A DNA stretch of 64,000 nt from Lytechinus pictus. Taxonomy: Eukaryota. A program made the translations under genes and the position numbers. The notes beneath the pieces were generated by a model that saw only the letters and a list, made by a program, of their open reading frames with translations, was not told the DNA's origin and did not search any database. Location: positions 41,480,001 to 41,544,000 of the forward strand of contig NC_087251.1 of NCBI RefSeq assembly GCF_037042905.1, in the 5' to 3' direction. Shown here one piece after another: positions 24,073-35,900 of the stretch (position 1 is its first letter; every line of letters starts with the position of its first letter).

Positions 24073-25660
24073 TCAAGTCACTTCTCAGTTTTTTTGTACT
24101 TAACTCTTCAGCCAAATCAATAAAATGTTGCTGTGCCATAGAAATACCATGAAGAGAGGTCGTCTGAAATGAATAGTGCTTACATCAAAGTAAGAAACAT
24201 TACCATTAAAATTATTGACTACAGCAGGGTTGATTTAAAGGGTTAAGACTTTATTCAGTGTAATTTTATTTTTCATAAGTTATTTTACAATTATTTGCTT
24301 ATTGCTAAGAGTATAAGTTCTTTTAGACACATGAAATCAGTAAGGATTTCTGGATTTCTGGCAAAGCTCCTAAATTCCCCTATGTGCCTTTTGTTCCATT
24401 TGAAGATCCAGAATTTTCTCTTACTGGCAGAAAAGTGAAGAGAGGCGGGGGGGGGGGGGGGGGTGGAAGAGTGAAAAAGAGAGAGAGAGATAAAGGATTG
24501 GAAATTCTTTCAAGACATATTAAGTGAATCGTGGAATAAACTGACATATGGAAAACAACCAACAAGTGTGCTTAAAACAAGTTGTTGGGCTTTCATACTA
24601 AGCTTTGTATTCACTGATAAAAGTGAAATTTGTTCCCATTTTTTTTTAATTGCTTTACATTATTTTTGTTTTGTTTTGCAGTATCATGTACTTGATGAGG
24701 TGTATCAATTTGTGCTATTTCTGTTTTCTGCAAGGTTTACAAATGCTTTGAAAATACAAGTTTACTCATGTTATGCTTAGAACTGCTGTGCCTGCCATGT
24801 CAAAAAAAAATGTAACACGATGCATGTACAAATTAACTGATACTGTGATTTGCATGCTTCTAAAGTACTACATCATTAGAAATGCATGGTTCGATATTAC
24901 TGCTCTCATACCATACTTATGTACTTATTAAACCAAGTGCAATATACCTTGTGAAATAGAAATGCAAGTATGAAGGATATTAAGATGTGTAGAATGATAT
25001 TTGTTCCTTTTGCTTATGTGTTTGTATGAATTTGTGGTAGATTTAATTCAAATTTGAATGATCTACCACAAAAATGATATGAATATTCTTATATAATTCA
25101 ACAGTATACTATTGCATTAGTAATGTAATATAAACTATGATTGGTATTGAGATATTGACCTTCCTTTGTATTCATATTAATAATGATTCATTCATACGTT
25201 ACCTTGGCCATATCACATAGGTTTCATAGTATTTCTGTAAATATTGTTTTCCAATGAATGCAACTCCTTTTGCACATTTTTCTATACATTTATACCGATT
25301 TCACCAGTATGCTCACTTCAGTGCTGGAAGAATGTAAATATAGTTATGGAAAAGACAATTGAAATATTGTTTCCATTGTGTCTTGTCTTTCAACTGAAAT
25401 TTTGCGTATCATTTTAATGTTGCAGATCTCATGAATTGATTTTAAAATTGGGATGGTAAATTTGTGTTATTATATACCATGTAGAGAATAGCTTTATGAG
25501 AATGGGTCGGGCAGAGATGAGTTGCAGAGAGGGTTGGCTTTACTTGCAATTTAAATGATCAAATGCAAGTCCCATGTGTGCATTAGCCTGGTTAGAAATC
25601 ATGTTGCGTTTGATTTTTTAGTTATATTTTATTGCAACTGTGTTTCTGCAATGGGCTCCT

Positions 25661-25941
25661 AGGCCTCGTCTTAAAAAGAGTTACGATTGATCCAATCAGT
25701 CATAATTCTATGGAGATTTGTCAGTGTCATCATTTTTTTCTACAGAAAATTTGCACAATGTCCTTCGTTCACAAAGAGAAGCACAGTGAATTTTCAAGGA
25801 TGAACAATGAATGCTTGAATATCCATCATACAATTTAGTTAGCAAATAGTTAACAAACATGCATAACAGATGTTGATGTTGCTTTGTCGTCCATAGTTGT
25901 GATTGATCAGATCAATCACAATTCTTTGTAAGACAGGGCCC
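25661..25941. mobile_element. Harbinger-like palindromic MITE
   Basis: GGCCTCGTCTTAAAAAGAGTTACGATTGATC ... GATCAATCACAATTCTTTGTAAGACAGGGCC. Confidence 0.55.
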
Positions 25942-26352
25942 CAGATCATTCCAAGGAGATATACCTGTCCAGAATATGGTTTCGTTGAAGAATAGGAAAA
26001 TCAAATTCAGAATTTGACTGTATGGAGTAGTGAAACAATAGTATGAAACGGTATGCAGTCTGCCAAGTGACATTGCTACATCTTCCCTTAAAGCCCCTTT
26101 CACTATTGGTCGTGCGACAGCTTACAACCTTTGGAATTCTGTGCAACATATATTGTGACCAAATGATCGCAAACGATCGTACGAGCAATTGTGAAAGCCC
26201 CTTTAAATACACAAAATAGTACATGCAAGACATTAGTCTTCTGTGTAGTTATTAGCTAGATGAAGTAAACATTGTTCCAGGCAAGAACTCACACTGTTTT
26301 TTTTTTATTGGGGGGGGGGGGGGTTGCCAAGGGGAAAAGGCTTCTTTAAATA

Positions 26353-27101
26353 CAGGGCGTTTCCAAAAAAAAGGTAACCGAAGTTCAAAAGTCAGCTATA
26401 TAAAAAAATACATCATTCTTGTCATTTTTATTCTGCATAATTGAGTAACACATCAACTTTAATTTGACACCTTTCTTGTGTCACAATTGTCATGGGTCAC
26501 ATAGTTATGGTCCATCAAAGGCGAAGGGTACAAAACCCACTTTTTCCAAGTTTGGGGTTTTAATGTACATGCACGAAACCTACTTTGTTGTAAGTTCAAC
26601 CCTAACTTTTGCACCAACACCTTTAACGTTTTCAGTTCTTTGATCCCTCGTCAATGCTGCATGTCTTGCATTGCTCTTCTAACCATTGCGGGGTTGTGAC
26701 GAAGAACATTTATTTTATGCTAAAAATAAGCCTGCAAGTCACCGAGGATAAGCCAAGCCATAATTGCAGCTAGACACCGATTATGTAACATTTACTTTAA
26801 AAAAAATTCTCAGAAGGGTAACGTTTTACTGAAATTTGCAGGGAAAATCTCTGATGAAACAAAAACCATACAACAAAGTTGGTTTCATGTTTTTACATTA
26901 AAACCCAGAAAAGTGGAAAAAGTGGGTTTTGCACCTTTCGCCTTGATGGACCATAACTTTGTATCCCGTGACACAAGGAAAGTGTCACATTAAAGTTGAT
27001 GAGTTACTCAATTATGTAAAATAGAAATCACAAGAATAAATCATGTATTCTTGATATAGCTGACATTTGAACGTCAGTTACCTTTTTTTAGAAACGCCCT
27101 G
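26353..27101. mobile_element. Tc1/mariner-like MITE
   Basis: ta|CAGGGCGTTTC...GAAACGCCCTG|ta with ~230-bp imperfect TIRs. Confidence 0.8.
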
Positions 27102-27301
27102 TATATTATATTTCAGTTGGAAAATGTCTCTAATGGTGATGGCCTATTATGCTACCGTATTATAGACTGGGAAAGAGAATAGCAAGGTATTTGATACAAA
27201 CAAACAAAAGACCTGAATAAAACTACAATCAGCATTATTTATTACTCCCTTTATATAAGCTAAAGTCTTTAATGCACCAAAGCATGAATCTGAGCCTAGT
27301 G

Positions 27302-27440
27302 CAGGGGTCGCGGAAGGGGGGGGGGCTTCAGCCACCCACTTTTTTACAAAACCATGTACAAAAACGTAAAAATGACCATATGTGATTTTCTGCATGGTCA
27401 CCCCCCCCCCCCCACTTTGAAAACCGTTCCGCGGCCCCTG
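27302..27440. mobile_element. Short GC-ended MITE (hAT-like, 5-bp TSD)
   Basis: CAGGGGTCGCGGAA...TTCCGCGGCCCCTG, flanks TAGTG/TATTG; copy at 54118-54279. Confidence 0.7.
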
Positions 27441-28102
27441 TATTGCTTATTTACAGCAGTGATTTTAATGACATCTCAACCAAGATGTACATGTATTTTA
27501 ATTGCAGCAATGGTATCACAACCAGAAAGAGAATTATGCAAGACAACTGGTTATTTGTTGTTGTAACATTTTATCTGGCAAAGGTTCAATATTCTCTCTC
27601 ACCTTCTAAAAAGAAAAGGAACTAAATGCAAAATATGCTCAAGATAAAACATAAAAAGGATAACCAAATTTTGCGCAAGAAAGAAAGAGAAAAAAAGGTT
27701 GAATTAAGCACTAGGAGCAAAAATCACTGAGCCCAGACAGACCGATTAGTAGTGTGTATATTTATTTGCAATCCATGAAGTGATACTGTACACATATTTA
27801 CAATGAGAAATTGAATATCTAGTTCAATCCACTTGGTCCTTCATCTTACATCATACACTAAACTGAAATTATAGAGAGAAAAGTCAAATATAGCTGAACT
27901 TCATATCCCATATACAATATCCATTTCATTACAAGATTCTTAAGAAAAATATTTGATTTTTTTGCCCCTCGTAATTCCCTTCCTCATTTTTATGCAAAAT
28001 CTGAGATAATTTATGAAGGCTGAGGTCCTTGAAATCAAACTTGAATATGTTTACCCACAGTAATGGACTTGTAAAATACCTGTATAAAACGCAGGTCCTT
28101 AA

Positions 28103-28635
28103 AGGACAAGTCCACCACTCCAGCAAGAGGTTGGTTTGAATAAAAAGGGGAAAATCAAAATGTCATCAAGTTGGATGTAAAATAAGAAAGTTATGAATTT
28201 CAAATTTTCGCTTAATTTCACAAAACAGTCAATACTCACATCCTGGTAAGTATGCAAATGAGGGGACTGATGACATCATCCACTCACTATTTCATTACAT
28301 GAAATATTCTAATTTTCTCATAATCATGTGAAACAAAGTGATTCCTTCCTGAACATGATAACATTTTGTGGGTCAAGCAAGGAAGTCCTTATGTCAAATC
28401 TGTAAATAAAAAAAAAATTAAAAATAAAAATAAAAAAATAAAACACGAAAGAAATAGTGTGTGAGGGACATCATCGATTATCTCATTTGCATATCCCTGA
28501 GTTGTGTACATAACTGTTTTGTGAAAAATAAGCAAAACTTCGAAATGTCATAACTTTATTTTACATCCCATTTTGATGAAATTTTCAGTGAAATGCTTCA
28601 TTCATATCAACTTTTTTCTTGGGTGGACTTGACCT
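28103..28635. mobile_element. Kolobok-like palindromic MITE
   Basis: ttaa|AGGACAAGTCCACC...GGTGGACTTGACCT|ttaa. Confidence 0.8.
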
Positions 28636-29226
28636 TTAAGCTAGAACTTTTAACGTAATAGTTCAAGGTATTAGCCAATGACAAATATCAAGTGTAATTA
28701 ACAAAATATGACATGTATATGAAAAGAAGTGTACAAGTAATAGTGTACTTTTGAGATTTCAGCTGGGGCATAGAGTACAAACTCTACTGCTGATAAGAGT
28801 GAGATCAATAATATATTCTATGCTTTCAAATCTCTTCATACAGTATAGTGCAATACATTATGAATATCAATTATTTACACAAACTCATGGAAATAACCAG
28901 CATTATAACACAAAAAAGACAAAAGATAAAACTCTAAATACCATAGTAAAGATTGATACAAATGAAAAGTGAAAGAACAGAAAATTAGACAGGAAAATGT
29001 TTCAGTTAAGACGGAAGACATTTAACATCATTACAATGTGCAATTTGTAAGCAATCATAAAAGGGAGAGAAGACAGCTATTTTCAAAACAATGAAAAAAT
29101 ATAATTCATAGATGAATATAATTTGCTCGTCTGGTAATCAATCTCTAAAGCATTACTGCTTATTGTTTTCATAATGATCAAATACGCCCAAAAGATTGTT
29201 GTTACTAACTACAAACTGAGATTTTA

Positions 29227-29526
29227 GGACCATATTCTGAACCTTGGTTTCCTTTCATTTAGAGTCTAAAATTGTGGTTTAATTATGGATAGCCTGTTGT
29301 GACGCTATTTTTTACAGTACAGAGGTTCATTTCATCAGTATATCTGGTGCCCAATGCTTTCATAACTTTCTAGGAATGATAACTAAAATAGTTTACCTCA
29401 TTATTAAATTAACGCATAGAGAAAGATCACGGTACGTTAACAAAATTTTGACATTTTTAGCTTTCCATAATTTCAACACAAAGCTAGACCATGGCCCAAG
29501 TTAAAATCGGCTTCAGAATACGGGCC
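29227..29526. mobile_element. Harbinger-like MITE (GGCCCGTATTCTGAA family)
   Basis: Inverted termini; related copies at 53751-54053 and 18221-19116, partial copy at 21930-22012. Confidence 0.6.
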
Positions 29527-30096
29527 ATAGAGTGAGAATATACTATTGCCTACTTGTAAAAGCTGATGAGACTTTAAATGTGCAAAACATTTCTTTGTTT
29601 CCACCTGGGAGAGACAAAAAAAAGTGAGTAAAACAGTGATACAGACATGAACGTCTTCAGCTGACTTCTATAAATTTAGCTGGTAATAACACCAACTGCC
29701 GTACTTTGGCAAAAGGAAGCAAGTTACAAAAGAACCATTTGTTGTAAATGAGCAATGTGTGTTCATCATCTGTACATAGGCATCAATGCAATTCAACAGC
29801 ATATTTTCTTCAATATCTTTCCACAGAACGATCATTTCTTCCCCAAATTTAGCCGGAACGTACAACATACAAAGGGTGTTTCAGAAAAAACAATAACTCA
29901 AATTTGACTGATGTGTCACTTGCTTCCTTTTGCCAAAGTTTGGCAGCAGCTCCATAGGGTAGATTGCTAAATCAAGACTGATTACACAGTCAGACAAATG
30001 AAACCGAATCCAGACCAACCAAATCTATTACGTTATGTCCTATAGCATACCATCGGCCAATTTAGAGTCGGTTAAATCGGTGAGAATATTGCATAA

Positions 30097-30513
30097 TGGC
30101 TACCGCACACCTTACGACCTGACTGGTTTACGACTGGTCTGTGACTGAGTGAAGGGAAATGCGACGTCACAGCTCTTGTCAGCTTGAGAGTCGCAGACCG
30201 GTCAGAGACAAATCGCAAGGAAAATTGATTTGACATGTCGAACCTTTATAACTGGGTCGCAAACTCAATCCAACTTCAAGCCAATCAGACAGCAGAGTCG
30301 CACTTAAATACTGACAAGTACATGATATGCAACACGCATACGCAGTAGTAAGCGTCATTTTCTCAGTTGCTATGGCAAAAACGAAAAGCATATGCATGAG
30401 TCACTGACAGCAGGGTAGTTAGATCGTAAGGTGTGTGGTGTCGAGGCTTATGACTACCTTCACAGATCAGTCGTACTCGTAGACCAGTCAGGTCGTAAGG
30501 TGTGCAGTGGCCT
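30097..30513. mobile_element. PIF/Harbinger-like MITE
   Basis: TAA on both sides; GGCTACCGCACACCTTACGACCTGACTGGT mirrored by ACCAGTCAGGTCGTAAGGTGTGCAGTGGCC. Confidence 0.72.
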
Positions 30514-30836
30514 TAAGACCAAGAAACAAAGAAAATGATAGCATCTTCCAGACATGGTGTGACATGATTCAGCAACATTTTACGTACAAAATCAATGGGA
30601 TATAAGGCATTACAAATGTCTTTTGCTGCAGGGCAACAAAAAGCCGTTGTCTAATGAAATTCCTAATAAAAGTTACCGTGAAATAAACTTGTTCAATGTT
30701 GCGCAGACAAATTAACAACATCATAATGAACTCATTATGTCGCCATTTAACATGAGTCATGCCATCATTGTGATACCATGAGTTTGTCTGTACAATTTTA
30801 GAAAATTGTTGGGACTTGAAGCATGTAACACACCAG

Positions 30837-30993
30837 GGGAGTGTTTCATCAATATTTTCATCCGACAAGTTGTCAGATCTGACATCTTTCTCTGATGTTG
30901 ATTGGCTGAGAGGTACTGTTACTATGGTAACTGTCGGATAAAATGGTACTTGTCGGATAAAACGTCCGACAAGTCCTTTCATGAAACGCCCCC
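30837..30993. mobile_element. Short Harbinger-like MITE with CAG TSD
   Basis: cag|GGGAGTGTTTCAT...ATGAAACGCCCCC|cag, internal TCCGACAAGT repeats. Confidence 0.6.
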
Positions 30994-32397
30994 CAGAAAT
31001 GTGAATTGATTAGCATAAGAGAGGTGATTTATCTCATTATGTTTTGTACACTATATGAAAAAATGTTGTTGAGCTTCGTCTTACCATAACTGAAAGAGGG
31101 TCACAGTTTGTTTGAACGATACCCTTTTGATAAAAATAATAATTTCTTGCTGCATCCCACGAGAACATCTTGTGTTACAAAAGGAGACATTCCGAAGACA
31201 GAAGCGCATTGACGAATCTTTTCAAAGAAAATGTGACTAGAAGAACAGCCGCGAGTATTTTTAGCAAAGAAGCGCACAAGCATAAGCGTCAAGGGCGCAA
31301 AGGTAATTACGCCTCATGCCAACAATGTGCTTAATAATTTTTCAGAGGAAACAATTCTATTGGTTGACCTGTGCATATAAAGAGTTTAATGATACATTGA
31401 TGATAAATTATTGGGCATGTCAGAGATAAAATAGGGGACGTCCTTACAGAGATAAGACAACTTTCAGAATACCAATTTAAAAAATAATTTTAGCCTGCTG
31501 TCATATTTCTGAGTTACAAGAATATTTTACAAAAAGTTCAGACAATTTTCTGAATACCACCCCTGATATTGATAGAGCTGTCTCCAAGTTGCATGTAGCC
31601 TTCTGTTGTGAGTAACTCCTGCACACAGAGCTACATTGTACATACACACTGCACATAGTACATAGGTCATGCTGGGTTCATCTACAGTTCAGTACAGATT
31701 CGTACAATACTGTGGTTATTGAAACCAACCCTCGTTCATTTTCAAACTTTGGTTTACATCTCCAATGTTTTAAAGAAGTTTTTGTAGAAATGATCCTTCA
31801 CAACTTTGTGACTGATATTTTTACACTTATAAACTGTATGTTTAGCCCATTTTCAAAGAACCAAAATGAGAGTTTTTAAAATCAGAATAGGTGAGCTTAT
31901 ACTTAGAGTGTGTCCTGCTCATCTATGAAGGCATCATTATTGCTTCTAAAGATACATCATATCATCATGATAAAACATGAATACACACTTCAGAAATTGC
32001 AAAAACTGAATCTTCTGTGCCACTACTTATTCATTTTTCGTTATCAATACCACTGAAACTAAATTTTTATAAGAATAAGTTACTTCAACAACTTGTGAAA
32101 ATCGTAATTTTCAAAATCAATATATATATTCTACAATCGACCTTGAATTACATTAAAATACTTTAATAATGACCTCAAATTAATTTTGATTTACATCGAA
32201 GCCATACACTTTTGGTAATTGAATTTAGAAATCTAACACAGGTTTTAAGAATAAAAAGAAAAGTGACATTTTGTTTGGATTTTCGATGTTGACTACTGCT
32301 GATAATGTATAACAGAGAAAGAGAGGGAGAGAGAGAAACAAAAACAACAAAACACTGATATTGACATGTTTAGAAAAAAAAACTCACACACTTGGTG

Positions 32398-32909
32398 TTA
32401 CTTTTGTTGATGGTGTTCTTTCTTTGGCTGGTATTGGTTTTGTCGATACATTAGTTCCATTGATGGTGATTGCCCGGGGGACAGTACTAGTTCCAGGGAT
32501 GGTGTCACGTCCGTCGGCGGCGTTTCTCCTTTGGACGGGCTTCCTTCTGTGCTCCGTGATCGCGCAAAGAATTTGATTTGAACTTGACCTTGCCCTGATT
32601 TTGACTTGATATCAGGAGGAGCAAGGTTGATCTTTCCATCCTCGGACACTACTTTACCATGCTTGCTCCTCAGATGTCGCTTGTAGGTGTTCCTGGTCTT
32701 GAAGCGTGCGGAACAGTCGCTGCAACCGAAGGGTTCCTCGCCGGTGTGACGGCGCAGATGCTCGCGGTAGTGGCTGCTGTGGCGGAACTGTCTCTGACAG
32801 TAGCTACAGAGGAAGCGTGCTTCCTTGTTGTGGATCATAGTGTGGTACTTGAGGCTATGAAGACGGGTAAATGTTGCTTGGCAGATGTCACATTGGTAAG
32901 GCTTGATAC
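32398..32909 (-). CDS. Zinc-finger gene last coding exon (three C2H2 fingers plus tail)
   Basis: catcag|GT ATC AAG CCT TAC CAA TGT...TAA, 512 nt. Confidence 0.9.
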
Positions 32910-35900
32910 CTGATGAAGGGAATACAAATCAAGATGGATGATACAAACTCCATGTGAGTATTTCAGCAAATAGTGATTTTTCACTGACTTTTTTTTTTTA
33001 AGCTACTGTAATCTTTGCATCTGACTGGATCAGAGCAAAGTAGTCAGTAAATTTCACTGGCTGTATGAGATGAAATGATAGAAATAACTTACTAATTGTT
33101 TCATGAAAATGCTTCCCAGGTTCTCTATTTGAACCATGATAGCAAAAACAAATTTCTCTCTGAGTTATAGTGATAAGCAAAGCATTTACCAAAAACATAA
33201 AGAATGGGGAAAGTAGACAAATTCATCAATAATTGCACTTAAAAGTAGCATACTGCAACAAACAGACACATTTGTGTAGAATGGACCTCAGCAAAACAAA
33301 GAAATCAGTTTTAGAAAAGCCTTGAAAGAATTTAATTTAGAAAAGTAAATTTCAGGGATCCTCATCAATATCTTGAAGACGGTCATAATGTTGATTCCAA
33401 AAGAAGTGGGCTACCATTTAAAAAGCATGGGACAAGTCACATGAATTTCTGATGCGGTACATCTTTAAGGGTTAATGATTCCTAATGGGTAATGAAAAGA
33501 AATCATCAGGAAAATGAAGTGTGGATTTTTAATTGTGAAACATAACCAAATGAAAGCAACCATCTGCGGTGAACAGAGGCCTAAAAAACCAAATAATTTC
33601 TATTTAAAGATGAGTAACATAACTGTTTATAGTTAGCAAGTATCACTCAATATCAGAATACTATATAACTTAGAGCTTTGACACAAAAATAAAAATCCAT
33701 ATTTTATTATTCAAAATAGAATCTGAAATAGAAAAGCTGTGAAAATTCATTTTGCCCAACTGATCATGGACCCGGCACCCATTGTGCAGCACCAGATCAA
33801 CGTTGCAGCAACTCCTCATCTTTTTGGTCTGACATGGTCAAGGTTGGAACTCAAGACCTCCTGGTTGTGAGACGGACAATCTACCAGCTGAGCCGACACA
33901 CCAGTATCAAAGAGTATCAAGATTGATCACTGGTTGAATTGTAATCACAACCTATGCCTATACTTGCTTGCCTGTCATATTACTGAATAATGTGGTGATA
34001 CTACCTACCTGCATGACTCCTGTAGTGAGCTCTGAGAGTACTTGCAGCAGTGAGTACCTTGTTACATATCTCACATGTGAATGGTCCTTTACGCTTCCGA
34101 ATCTTGGAAAAGGACTGCAGGTAATGAAGGGCAGATTGCTGCAATAAGAGAGAGAGAAAAAAGGAGCATATAGTGTTGAGGGGATATAAACCAAAGTGTT
34201 TCATCAGTTTATATACTTGTTAATGACAAAAAAAAAATTATCAGACTTGGATGATCCTATAGGAAATATTCCAATTCTTTGGTATTGTCGGCTGCATGAA
34301 AATCCAACCTGGGAACATTTTTTACTGAAAACAAACATGACAATTTATTTTTGAAAACTGACTCATCATAATGAGATTCACAATGTTAGATATTTTTAAA
34401 TTTGAGGATCATGGCACTCCATACACTCATGCATTGCCATTTATAAGTTTAAAAAAAATATATATGTGAGGAGGCGCGATAGCTCAGTCAGTAGAGCGGG
34501 GGATTCGTATTCCGGTGACCCGGGTTTGATTCACACTTGGTGCGCTAGTGCCCTTTGGTAAGGCATTAATCCTCATTACCAGGTCCTTCGCAGAGGACCT
34601 TAAGCCGTCGGTCCTCTAGTTGCTTGCTTACAAGCATTCATGCTTTCTTAGCAATTAGGTAAAAAATCCCCACCAATCAATCAATATCTTTTTTAAAATT
34701 CAATTGATTAAAGCTAGATAGAATGCCTGAAATTAAGAGGATCTTAATTAAATTTATATCAATTTTGCATCAAGGATGACAACAAGTGTTGTCAATCCAC
34801 CATCCAGAGCGGAATTTAGTTTACTGACAAATAGAAATGATGCAATCTCACTTCTCAAACCAGGCAATTCCTGAAGCAGAATCCAAAAGAATGTCTGTGG
34901 TGGGATAGCTTGAATTCATTGAGACTCACAGATATAACATTAGGGATTTATTTACCAGAGCTTTTCACAAAGTCTGGTGCCCATAATTATCATCCACTTC
35001 CCCATGGAAACCCAAGACAGAGTGTCTTTGATTGCAATGGCAGCTACAAGTTTTTGACAATATAAACCTTCATTCATACCTTGACTTCTTCACTTTGAAT
35101 GTTGACTTTAATCTTTGGTTTGATTCTTGATTTCTTGGGTTTGTCGGCCATCACTTCCTCATTAGCCACAGTGACATTGGCTCCTTCCACAATGACAGGC
35201 TCTTCATTCTCATTAGAAACCTTAGGGTCAGGAGATGGTGGGTCAATGTCTGCAATTAGTTTGTACAGCTGGTCATTCATTGTGGTCACGAGGGGATCTA
35301 TATCCATTGCATCATTCTCCCACTCGTCTACTAAACCCGGAGGCGAGTCTATGGGCCGCCCCTCCGAATCCAAATGCACAGGGGCTCCATGGTTGAGGTT
35401 ATTTGTGAATGCATAGGTGTGGTCAGCGCTGGGCGCGTTGACCGCAGTCGGAATTAAATCAGGCATGGTGATTGCTTTTGGATTTGGCTTCTTCTTTGTC
35501 TTTTTGGAGACCTTACAGAGCTTGGGAATTTTCTTGACTCTGACCATGTCCTTTGAGATTCTTATTGGTGATGGCGATGCTGAGGTGGAAGATGAGGAGG
35601 AGGATCCAGAAGAAGATGAGGAAGAGGACGAGGAAGAGGATGACGGTGTTGGTGATGTAGGCTCTTTCTTATAGACTCGAACTGAATCTGCATTAACATT
35701 GTCTTTTCCATCACCACTCACTGCTTTCACCAAGGCTTCTGCAGCCTCGATATTCAACCCTTGACTCTCTTTATCCACCATAGCTTCCACTGCCTTGGCT
35801 AGTGATTCTATATTTAGCCCTCTTATTTTGGAGTCATGAGGGGAAGAAAGACCCACTTTGGAAGCTGTTCCTTCTAACACACCACGCCCTTTCTTCACTA

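Noticed and set aside
32560..32620. Programmed -1 ribosomal frameshift in the zinc-finger tail
   Set aside because: No X XXY YYZ slippery site in the right frame
34470..34545. tRNA gene
   Set aside because: Imperfect stems and continuation into a SINE body and tail; the same applies to 54427-54497 and 33826-33902
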